DNA of 64,000 nt, from assembly GCA_951406725.2 (NCBI GenBank), contig OX597825.1:42284001-42348000 (forward strand). Direction: 5' to 3'. This document shows positions 40,394 through 49,448 of this stretch, in pieces. The stretch's first letter is position 1. Each line of letters opens with the position of its first letter. Under the pieces are notes generated by a model. It was not told the origin of the DNA. It did no database searches and saw only the letters and a list, made by a program, of their open reading frames with translations. Source of the stretch: Octopus vulgaris. Taxonomy: Eukaryota. Both the position numbers and the translations under genes were made by a program.

Positions 40394-40670
40394 TGTGGTG
40401 TGGTGATGAGGGAGTGTGACAGAGAGGGAGGGAGCGGAAGTGGGTCTTGCAGGTCTTGCAGGGCGCATGCGCCGGCGGAAGCGGAAGTGAGAGACAGAAC
40501 GCACGTGCGGCATCGACCAGGGCAGTCAGACTCGAGAACGACGCCAAGACGACAAGACGCTAGCAAGTTGGCTCAAGGCGAATCCGGCTTCATCTCTACA
40601 GGTAAGACCAAATTACACTTCTAATTCTTTTCCTTGTTCTGTTACGCTCCTTTTCACCACACTTATCACA
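40394..40670 (+). repeat. 5' LTR
   Basis: 273/277 identical to 44377-44653. Confidence 0.98.
40435..40509 (+). promoter_or_regulatory. TATA-less LTR promoter motif cluster (ETS x3, NRF-1, E-box)
   Basis: CGGAAG at 40435, 40476 and 40482; GCGCATGCGC at 40463-40472; CACGTG at 40502-40507. Confidence 0.55.
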
Positions 40671-40682
40671 AGCTATTTCGGC
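40671..40682 (+). promoter_or_regulatory. Non-canonical primer-binding site complementary to tRNA-Phe(GAA) nt 1-12
   Basis: AGCTATTTCGGC is the reverse complement of GCCGAAATAGCT, the 5' terminus of human/Drosophila tRNA-Phe (from memory); it abuts the LTR terminal CA, and no TGG PBS is present. Confidence 0.8.
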
Positions 40683-40723
40683 AAAATAATCACTCGGTTT
40701 CGTGAAAATAAAAAATAAAAATT

Positions 40724-41479
40724 ATGCAGACTGCTATGATTTCACGCGACCCTATAACACCGTTTTGCGGCGACACCGACGTGGTCGCTTGGTTGAGGAG
40801 GGTGAAGTTGGTGGCGAAGCTACACGGCATAGCTGACCTGGCTAGTTTTATGCCGTTGTATTTGGATGGCCCGGCGTTGGCGTTATATCTGGAGATGGAG
40901 GAAGCGGACCAACGCAGCGCGGACAAGGTGGAGATCCGACTTATGGAGGCCTTCGCGGAAGGAATGTTCGAAGCGTACACTCGACTGGGTAGGATGAGGT
41001 GGACAGGACAGCAGGTGGACGTGTTCGCCGGCGAGCTTAGAAGGTTGGCAAAACTTGCGGGATATGAGGGAGAGTCGCTAGAACGCACGGTCAGGTTAGC
41101 GTTCGTGACCGGCTTTCCCGACATCATGTCGGTCGAGCTACAGAAGCTCCCGAACGTGCGTTCGATGCCGATGGCCGAGATTATATCGCGGGCACGTGTA
41201 CTGGTGTCGTGCAGCAGGTCGACGTCGGTAGCAGCGACTGCAACGTCGAAAAGTGGCCCAGCTAGGAGCAACGGAGAGGGGCTGGGGAAAGAACGCGTGC
41301 GGTCGTTTAAGGGACAGTGTTTCCGGTGCCAGGGCCCACACATGGTCCGTGACTGCGCGTCGCCCAAGCCCGAGGTGATTTGCTACCGGTGCCGAGAGCC
41401 GGGGCATGTGGCCAGCGAGTGTCTGCGGGGAAACGGACCGCGGGAGACTACTGCGCCGGTAGTTGTCCCTTTGGATTAG
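40724..41479 (+). CDS. gag: Gag (251 aa) with two zinc knuckles
   Basis: CFRCQGPHMVRDC (CX2CX3HX4C) and CYRCREPGHVASEC (CX2CX4HX4C); first ORF after the 5' LTR. Confidence 0.93.
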   Translation: MQTAMISRDPITPFCGDTDVVAWLRRVKLVAKLHGIADLASFMPLYLDGPALALYLEMEEADQRSADKVEIRLMEAFAEGMFEAYTRLGRMRWTGQQVDVFAGELRRLAKLAGYEGESLERTVRLAFVTGFPDIMSVELQKLPNVRSMPMAEIISRARVLVSCSRSTSVAATATSKSGPARSNGEGLGKERVRSFKGQCFRCQGPHMVRDCASPKPEVICYRCREPGHVASECLRGNGPRETTAPVVVPLD

Positions 41480-41488
41480 TAGCGGCGC
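41428..41488 (+). promoter_or_regulatory. -1 programmed ribosomal frameshift signal (G_GGA_AAC plus H-type pseudoknot)
   Basis: Heptamer in gag phase; 7-nt spacer; stem 1 41442-41451/41459-41469; stem 2 41453-41458/41483-41488; pol is in the -1 frame. Confidence 0.88.
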
Positions 41489-44340
41489 GTTTCTCATCGT
41501 TACCTGTGGTCGACATTCTGGTGAAGGGGAAGATGTCGCGAGCCCTGGTGGACACGGGCTGTACGACGACCCTGATGACCACAGAAGTGGCAGAGACGTG
41601 GAGTGGAGGAAGCAGTGTCAGGGCAGTCGACGGAAGAGAAGTGCACTGCGAAGGGGTTACGGATGCGCAGATCGTGGTGCAGGGACTGCAGCTGACGTTG
41701 CGAGCGATTGTGGTCGGTCACTTGGTGGACGAGATCGACGTGGTGATGGGGATGGATGCGATCACCCGTCTGGGAGGTGTTACCGTCAACGAGGCTGGCG
41801 TAACGTTTGGGCTAGCAGGGAAGCCGTGTAGGGCGACACCACGCACCGACGACAACCGTGAGGAAATGGATGCGGCGCACACCATTGAAGACCAGGATTT
41901 TCGGGCTGTCTTTGATGGCGAGAGGTGGACAGTGGAGTGGCACTGGAAGGGAGAGCCCCCGATGTTAAAGAACAAAGTGGGCTGCTATCAGCATACTCTA
42001 AAAGGAGATGCCAGAAGTGAGTTCGAGGGGGAGGTGGAGCGGTGGATTAAGGAGGGCATACTGATCCCCTGGGAAAAAGAAGAGAGCGGAGTCCTGCCAC
42101 TGATGGCGGTGATACAGCCCACAAAGCGTAAGGTCAGGCCAGTGCTCGACTTCCGAGAGCTGAATGACCACGTGTCGTGTCATACAGGCGGCGAGGCCAC
42201 GGATGTCTGCGGAGACACCTTGCGAGAGTGGAGGCAGACGGCGGGGGCCTCCACGATTGTCGATTTGAAGTCGGCATACCTTCAGGTTCATGTGGCTGAG
42301 AAACTATGGAGGTACCAGCTCGTCAGGTATAGGGGCCGGACGTACTGTCTGACCAGGTTGGGATTCGGGCTGAATTCAGCTCCGAAGATTATGGCAACAA
42401 TTCTCAAGGCCGTCCTGGGGAAGGTGGACAGAGTAAAAAGGGCCACCAATTCATACATCGACGACATTCTGGTGGATGAAACCGTGATACCAGCAACGGA
42501 GGTCATAGGCCACCTGAAGAGTTTTGGACTGATCGCCAAGCCGCCAGAGGCTATGGAGGGAGGTGCTGCACTGGGCCTCAAGCTATGGAGAGACAAAGCC
42601 GGCGCCTTGGTGTTCCGGCGAGGGAATGAGATCCCTGAACTGGGCGCCAGCATGAGTAGACGGGAGCTGTTCTCTGTGTGTGGGAAGCTGGTGGGACACT
42701 ACCCGATTGCAGGCTGGCTCCGGACAGCATGCAGCTTCATCAAGAGACGAGCCGAAGGAGTGAAGTGGAATGATAAAGTGGGGGAGAGGACGATCGACAT
42801 GATGCAGGAAGTCCTGGTCAGAGTAAGAGCAGAGGACCCGGTGAGGGGCAGCTGGTACGTTCCCAAATCAAAGAGCGGGATCGTATGGTGTGACGCCAGT
42901 AGCATCGCAATAGGGATTGTCTTGGAAGTGGGAGGTGTCACGGTGGAAGATGCAGCCTGGCTCAGGAAGATGGATGACTGCAGTCACATCAACGTGGCGG
43001 AGTTGGAAGCCGTGCTGAAGGGGGTGAACCTAGCCTTGAAGTGGGGGTTGCACACCATAGAAATCAGGACTGATTCAGCCACTGTACTTGGTTGGGCGAC
43101 GGCAGTCATCACCGATGAGCGGAGGGTGCGGACCAAAGGGGCTGCAGAGATGCTGGTAAAGCGTCGATTGGGGATACTGCGTGAACTGACCACTGAGTTC
43201 AATCTGAAGCTGAGCGTGATCTTTGTGCCTTCCGAGAAGAACAGGGCAGACGTCCTGACCAGGGTTAAGCGAGCCTGGTTGCAAGTGCCAGAGGACGCGA
43301 AGCAGGATGTAGCTGCAGTATGCCATCTGAGCGACTCGGAGTTGCGGAGACTGCACACCATGCATCACATGGGTGTGGACAGGACGTTGTTCCTGGCCAG
43401 AAAAGTCGACTCCGACGTAACAAGACAGAGCGTGCGGAGAGTGGTTAGCAGTTGTGACAGGTGCCAGTCCATCGACCCTGCTCCGGTCGTGCATGAAGCG
43501 GGAAGTATTCCAGTGGACCAGGACTGGAGACGACTGGCGGTGGACATAACACACTACCGGCAGGGGACATACCTCTCAATGGTTGACTGCGGACCGGGGC
43601 GGTTCGCCATATGGAGGGAGATGAGGTCAGGAACCGCAGAAGAAATTGCGAAAGTGCTGAACGAGATATTCCTGGAACGAGGCCCCGTGGATGAACTGCT
43701 TCTGGACAACGGCACTGCATTTCGCTCGGAGGCGCTGAGAGAAATGCTTGATGAGTGGAAGGTCAACCGCTTCTTCAGGGCGGCATACCGGCCAAGTGGA
43801 AACGGGGTGGTGGAAAGGCATCATCGTACCATCAAGGCCATGGCTGAGAGGGGTCACATTTCACCAGTCGAGGCCGTGTTTTGGTACAACATGTCGCCCA
43901 GATCAGGACAGGCCGAGGAGTCGGTGCCACACAGGGCAATATTCAGGTACGAGTGGAGGCATCCGTGTACTACATCAATGCGACCCGGGGCAGAGGAAGA
44001 GCACGCCTTCGTGCAGGTCGGGGAGGAAGTCTGGGTGAAACCCCCGAACGCACGGTGTACATCGCAATGGGGAAAGGGGACAATAACCTCCGTAAATTCA
44101 AAGAATAACATCTCGGTAGATGGTATGCCACGCCACGTTTTGGACATACGGAGGATTGTCCATGCCCCGGAGGATGGGACAAGCAACAGTGGGCAAGACG
44201 ATAACAACAGACAGGATGACGAGGTCGGCAGCAACACGCCAGAAACAAGTCCTAGGGTCGCACTGCGACCACAGAGGGAGCGGCACCCTCCTCCCTGGTT
44301 GGCTGACTACGAAACCAGTTTCAGGTGCGGGAGCGAGTGA
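41434..44340 (+). CDS. pol: Pol (protease, RT, RNase H, integrase), entered by -1 frameshift; Gag-Pol about 1205 aa (the ORF track lists this frame from 41380)
   Basis: ALVDTGC (PR); DLKSAY, GFGLNSAP, YIDD (RT); CDAS..ELEA..TDS..AD (RNase H); HTMHH..CDRC, AVDI, LDNG, VER (IN). No internal stops. Confidence 0.96.
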   Translation, partial: RTAGDYCAGSCPFGLVAARFSSLPVVDILVKGKMSRALVDTGCTTTLMTTEVAETWSGGSSVRAVDGREVHCEGVTDAQIVVQGLQLTLRAIVVGHLVDEIDVVMGMDAITRLGGVTVNEAGVTFGLAGKPCRATPRTDDNREEMDAAHTIEDQDFRAVFDGERWTVEWHWKGEPPMLKNKVGCYQHTLKGDARSEFEGEVERWIKEGILIPWEKEESGVLPLMAVIQPTKRKVRPVLDFRELNDHVSCHTGGEATDVCGDTLREWRQTAGASTIVDLKSAYLQVHVAEKLWRYQLVRYRGRTYCLTRLGFGLNSAPKIMATILKAVLGKVDRVKRATNSYIDDILVDETVIPATEVIGHLKSFGLIAKPPEAMEGGAALGLKLWRDKAGALVFRRGNEIPELGASMSRRELFSVCGKLVGHYPIAGWLRTACSFIKRRAEGVKWNDKVGERTIDMMQEVLVRVRAEDPVRGSWYVPKSKSGIVWCDASSIAIGIVLEVGGVTVEDAAWLRKMDDCSHINVAELEAVLKGVNLALKWGLHTIEIRTDSATVLGWATAVITDERRVRTKGAAEMLVKRRLGILRELTTEFNLKLSVIFVPSEKNRADVLTRVKRAWLQVPEDAKQDVAAVCHLSDSELRRLHTMHHMGVDRTLFLARKVDSDVTRQSVRRVVSSCDRCQSIDPAPVVHEAGSIPVDQDWRRLAVDITHYRQGTYLSMVDCGPGRFAIWREMRSGTAEEIAKVLNEIFLERGPVDELLLDNGTAFRSEALREMLDEWKVNRFFRAAYRPSGNGVVERHHRTIKAMAERGHISPVEAVFWYNMSPRSGQAEESVPHRAIFRYEWRHPCTTSMRPGAEEEHAFVQVGEEVWVKPPNARCTSQWGKGTITSVNSKNNISVDGMPRHVLDIRRIVHAPEDGTSNSGQDDNNRQDDEVGSNTPETSPRVALRPQRERHPPPWLADYETSFRCGSE

Positions 44341-44354
44341 GGAAGCCGGTTCAG

Positions 44355-44376
44355 TGATCTATAGATCAGGGGGGCG
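44355..44376 (+). other. Polypurine tract (AGGGGGG, 44368-44374) preceded by a perfect 14-bp palindrome
   Basis: TGATCTATAGATCA then GGGGGG CG, immediately 5' of the 3' LTR. Confidence 0.8.
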
Positions 44377-44653
44377 TGTGGTGTGGTGATGAGGGAGTGT
44401 GACAGAGAGGGAGGGAGCGGAAGTGGGTCTTGCAGGTCTTGCAGGGCGCATGCGCCGGCGGAAGCGGAAGTCAGCGACAGAATGCACGTGCGGCATCGAC
44501 CAGGGCAGTGAGACTCGAGAACGACGCCAAGACGACAAGACGCTAGCAAGTTGGCTCAAGGCGAATCCGGCTTCATCTCTACAGGTAAGACCAAATTACA
44601 CTTCTAATTCTTTTCCTTGTTCTGTTACGCTCCTTTTCACCACACTTATCACA
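44377..44653 (+). repeat. 3' LTR
   Basis: Matches the 5' LTR; followed by the CTATA TSD. Confidence 0.98.
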
Positions 44654-44900
44654 CTATACAAAAGATGTTTTGAGATGTGCAGTTTCACTATGTAACTGGT
44701 ATGTTTGTCCCACCTTATCTGAACATTTTGCAAAGGAATGTATTGTCTCTGGACTATGCACCCACTTGCACAAGGTCCAAGTAACAATTTGGTCTGCCAA
44801 GGCACCTCAGTATCCAGAATATTGTTCTGCCAGTGGATGCAGTAGGGATACCTTATGTAGAAGTGCAGTATTTGAAAGGGAGCAAGAAAAGAGAATTAAG
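44654..44900 (-). pseudogene. Ancient RTE-type LINE C-terminal remnant that hosts the LTR insertion (continues at ~40330-40393)
   Basis: The reconstructed empty site reads WQNNILDTEV...QIRWDKH...ISKHLLYSKPLQGKHGG in frame across the TSD. Confidence 0.55.
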
Positions 44901-47138
44901 CACTACCTAACAGTTGACACGAGATGGCTACTCAAATGCAACTCAAGTGACACAATCTGATTCATGCTGGTAACTTGAATGGTGAAATCAAAAGAACAGC
45001 AGCTTTGGAGAAGTGCTCCTTTTGAAAGGCTAGTGCTACTATTATTTCAAACACACATGTCTCAAATAAAATGTCCAGGAGTAAAACGTATATGTAAAGT
45101 TGTAAGAATAACTGCACTACTTGGTGGAGAATGGATATCAACCTATGATAATTCAAATTGTACATTAAACATATCAATATATCTAACCAGGCAGAGTCAA
45201 CAAAAATATTAGATAATGTCCCCTCTGTTTCGTGCCTACTTAATAAAATAGAATAATATTATGTATATTTGCAAAACATATTGCAGTATATTTTATATAG
45301 TACTAACATTACCTGATATACAACTCAATGCATGCACTCTATGAATGAGATAGATATATTTATCATATCAAAAATGAACAGTTTACTCGGGGTTTTGAAT
45401 AACATAAGCCGGGCTCTTCACAACAATGTGTGTGTGTGTTTTAGTGGTATTAGAGACATGAGAAGCAAGATATCATAATTGGTTTAGTATCTCTATTGAA
45501 TGTTAGAAAATAGATAATAACAATGCCAGTTAAGGTTCCAGTATTGTCTTGTATGATAGTAACAATTATTTCTGATTAAACCTTTGAAATGATGGTATTC
45601 TATTCTTTTGTTCCCTCAGATTAATGTAATCTACCAATACAATCTTTGGTGTTTCTATATGAATAAGAGATTCTTCAATCCTAATTTCAGATGATCAGGA
45701 ACTCCTGTATAATTACTTAATCAATTTCTAGTTTGTTGTTAATTGTTTGTGGCATTAATTTCAAGGTGTAAATCAGAAAAACCAAAAAGGTCTGTCCATT
45801 TTTATAATGGATGCAGACAATTTGAGCAAATGGTAAATTATCTTTAATGATAAAAGGAACTTGCCTGTTGTGTATCTTTAAAGTAATTCTGAAGGATACT
45901 AATTTCAATAAAGAAAAACATAAAGTAACTATCACAATACTTATATGAGATCTTTAAGGAAATAAAGTCAGAAATTTGTAAATAACTGTTCCGGTACAAC
46001 TCTACTTGCCATATTTCTTTTACATTTTATACCAAAATGTAAATTTGTCCTGTTCATAAAGAATGCATATATACATATCTGCGTGGCTAACCAAGACATA
46101 TTTGTTTGAGGTTATATAAACATGTATTTTAGTGCAAGATAAAACGACTAAGGATAATTTGAAAGAAGCTAGGTAAGATATCAAAACACTACACTTCTTT
46201 GACCAGATGTCACAAGGTTGTCAATATATTTGAACTAATACTCAACTGTCCAAATCATGTTAGTCCAGAAAAACAGATTTAATACGATGATGAGAGGAAA
46301 AAATAACAGAAAATAATGTGTATGCATGTGTGTGTGTGTGAAAGAGAGTATTTATACTGGCAGTATTTCTTAAGACAATTGCACTTTCACAAGAAGTTTA
46401 AAGAAACACTGTGCACATTTTATTTTCTCAAGAAGAAACTTATATATAATTCAAAGCACAGGATTAGTAGGATGATGATATATTTATTTCATTTTAGATT
46501 TTGTTAATGTACTTAGAAATGGAGAGACCAATAAACTTGTGTACACTTTAGAAAACAGTCTGGAAATTATATGCAGACACATGAGATAGAAAGGTAAAGA
46601 TGATAAAAAAACAACAAAACCTAAACAACTGGTTGGAAAAATCTACGTTTTGTGTTTTCTCAGCATTAAAATTGATTCTATAGAGAAACCCCTTAACTAT
46701 CAAATTATCTAGTCCACTTTGTAAATATATTTTGTGTAGTGACAACAACTCACCATTGTGAGCAACAGCATATCTCTAAGACTGGTGGGATTTTCTGTAG
46801 CTTGTAGTACTAGGTTTAACTGATTCTTCAAGAGTACAACAATCTCTGCAAAACTAAAATATCCTAAAAGTATGATGGAAATGAATACCTTATGTGGTGC
46901 TCCAAGTATCCAACAAATAACAGAAATCCTTATTACTGTTCAAACAATACATAGAATATACTTGCCTTGAAAAGAGTTAGGAAATTATTTAACATAAGAC
47001 AATCTGGGGAATAATAGAATGAAAGAAAAATGTCTCTACGATGAAAGTGAACTATGTCTGTTTAAAAGAACCTCTACTCAGAAATATCAATCATTTTACC
47101 TAAAATCTGGAATGAAAAGAAATATATCAGCTTTAATA

Positions 47139-49448
47139 CGAGGTGGTATCAAAAAGTTCCTGGACTAGTTATGTAGCGTGCCAACTGATGGCAGCACACA
47201 GTTGTGTGCACAATGAGAGCTAGCAGTGACCTTCATGAGGCAGTGTGTCACGTGACATCACTGTGCTTACTTTGCAAGTTATGAAATTAGTGTTTTTGTG
47301 ATCATGTGATGCTGTAGTCTGTGATTTTGTCATGGACAGAAGCAATGAGTCAACAGGAAATTTTGGATTAAACTTGGAAAGTCTGCTACAGAGACATTGA
47401 ACATGCTTCAGCAAGCTTACAGCAATGAAGCAATGGGTCATACACAATCTTTCATTCAAAAATGGAAGGAGATCTCTGGAAAACGATGAGTGATCTGGAA
47501 GACCTGCCACAAGTGTCACCCCCAGAAGTGGGGAGAAAATTCATCACTTTGTGCATGAGAATCGTTGGAGGACAATCAATGACACTACTAATGTTGTTGG
47601 TGTGTTGCAAGGGTCTGTGCAGGCAAACCTAACGTCAGAATTAAGCATGTGGTGTGTCTCTGCCAAATTTGCCCCCCACCTGCTGACCACTGAGCAGAAA
47701 GAACATCGAATCAAAGTCTGTCAAAATCTCCATCAGCCTGCTGCTGATGACCATCCTTCATATCAAGTTTCACTGGTGATGTGAGTTGGGTGTAAGAGTA
47801 CAACTCTGAGACGAAGCAGCAGTCATCATAATGGAAGAGCCCTTCATCACCATGACCAAAGAAGGCATGACTCAGCCACAGCTCAATCAAGAGCATGTTC
47901 ATTGTTTTTTGTTTTTTTTTACCTCTGCAGTATTGTGCATCGAGAATTCATCTCTCAGGGCCAGACCATCAATTAAGAATTCTACAGTGACATTTTAAAG
48001 TATTTGAGGGAAGACATTTGGCAAAAGCAACCAGATCTGTAGTGAGAGAAGAATTGGATTCTTCGTGATGTCAATGCATCCTGTCACCAAGCTTTCCTCA
48101 CCCATGAGTTTCTCACCAAAAACAACTTAGCATTACTTCTACACCCTCCCTATTCACAAGATTTAGTGCCTGTGGACTTCCAACTATTCAAGATAAAATG
48201 CCACTCAAAAGTTGCTGCTTTAACACCATTGTCAAGATCCAGAGTGAATCACTGAAGTCCCTTGACTTGCATACAGAAAACAACTTCCAAGCCAGATTGC
48301 AAAAGTGGCAGAAATGCTGGGACTGGTGTATTGCTGTGCTATGTGACTATTTCGAAGGGGATGATGTTGTAGAACGACCGTGCAAAAGGAGAGGTGATGA
48401 ATGAATGACTCCTTTAATACACTGCACGGTCGCTTACAATAAAAGCAAAAATGGATAAATGAGTATGAGTGCCAGAAAGGAAAAGAAAGACGACACGGCC
48501 GTAGAATGTTAAGAGATAGGTCTTATTTAGGTGTTAGCAGAGTGTATGTCTGTGTGTGCATCATAAGTACATATATAATAATAATAATAATAATAGACAA
48601 TAGACAGGCCGTGATGCATACATAATGTGTATGTGTGTACAAACAAGGGTATATGCGTGTGAGATAAAATACAGAACATAGAAAGTCTGTAAGAGGACAT
48701 TAGAAGAAGTTCAGACACAATGAAGATAAATACCAGTTCGTAGTAAGGTACACAATAGTTGAAGTTCTGTAACAAGAAGTTGTGGCTACAATTTCAGAGC
48801 CAGTTGAATCACGTGACATGTAAGCAGTTGTGGACACTATGCTGTGCCGGTTACTTGATACAGGAAAATCTCACACGTAGTCGTTGCTGTTAACCATGGT
48901 GAAGTATTCACAACCAGCATGAAGTTAAATCAGAGCGAAGTTGCTGTGTACGTAGAGATGTTGTTGAAGTCGATAAGATGATGGTGACATTAAAATGAAG
49001 GCGACGGAGGTGGTGGTCTGGAATACTGCTGGTGGTGTCAATCACTGGAACTGGCTGTGTCGCTGAAACTGGCTGAATGCTCTGTGGTCTGCGGTTGGAC
49101 CTTAGAAGGTTGCGAACCAAAGACAAAATACGGTTTGTTGATCTAGCTTTTATAGAGACTAGGAGGCTCCAACAGAGAATTTAGAAGACTGTGTCATGGG
49201 ACCTTATCAGATGGCTGTGATTGGTTGGGTTGCACATTGGTGCGTAATAGAGCAAGTGACAAACTGCGCCAATACCAACCAATCAGATTATTGGACACAA
49301 CAGGGTTCAAACGGCCAAAGGCTAGCTGTTATTGCTACATCCATATTTATGTTATATATAACAGTGAGAGAGAATTTCACTAAGCGTATGCTACAATGTT
49401 AAAACTTAGGTAAATAAATTAGTCCAGAAACTTTTTGATTCTACCTTT
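47139..49448 (+). mobile_element. Full-length but decayed mariner element, interrupted near its 3' end
   Basis: TA|CGAGGTGGTATCAAAAAGTTCCTGGACTA TIR with complement at 49420-49448; remnants SAKFAPHLLT, TGD, HPPYSQDLVPVDF, YFEGD. Confidence 0.88.
48368..49395 (-). mobile_element. Probable solo LTR (1028 bp) inserted into the mariner
   Basis: TGTAG...CTACA termini, 4-bp TSD ATGT (48364-48367, 49396-49399), minus-strand TATAAAA near 49150; no coding remnants. Confidence 0.8.

Larger units (their letters stand above)
40394..44653 (+). mobile_element. Full-length, apparently intact Ty3/Gypsy-order LTR retrotransposon (4260 bp)
   Basis: TG...CA LTRs of 277 bp; CTATA TSD (40389-40393, 44654-44658); open gag and pol; PBS and PPT; PR-RT-RH-IN order. 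Confidence 0.98.

Noticed and set aside
40394-40682. Tf1-style self-priming as the explanation for the odd PBS
   Set aside because: The complement of the post-LTR sequence (GCCGAAATAGCT) does not occur in the LTR.
40690-41367. 225-aa antisense ORF over gag, plus other antisense ORFs across pol
   Set aside because: Expected shadow ORFs in GC-rich coding DNA; no motifs.
41380-41433. Independent pol start at TTG 41380
   Set aside because: Non-ATG start in a eukaryote; the in-phase slippery site and pseudoknot explain pol expression.
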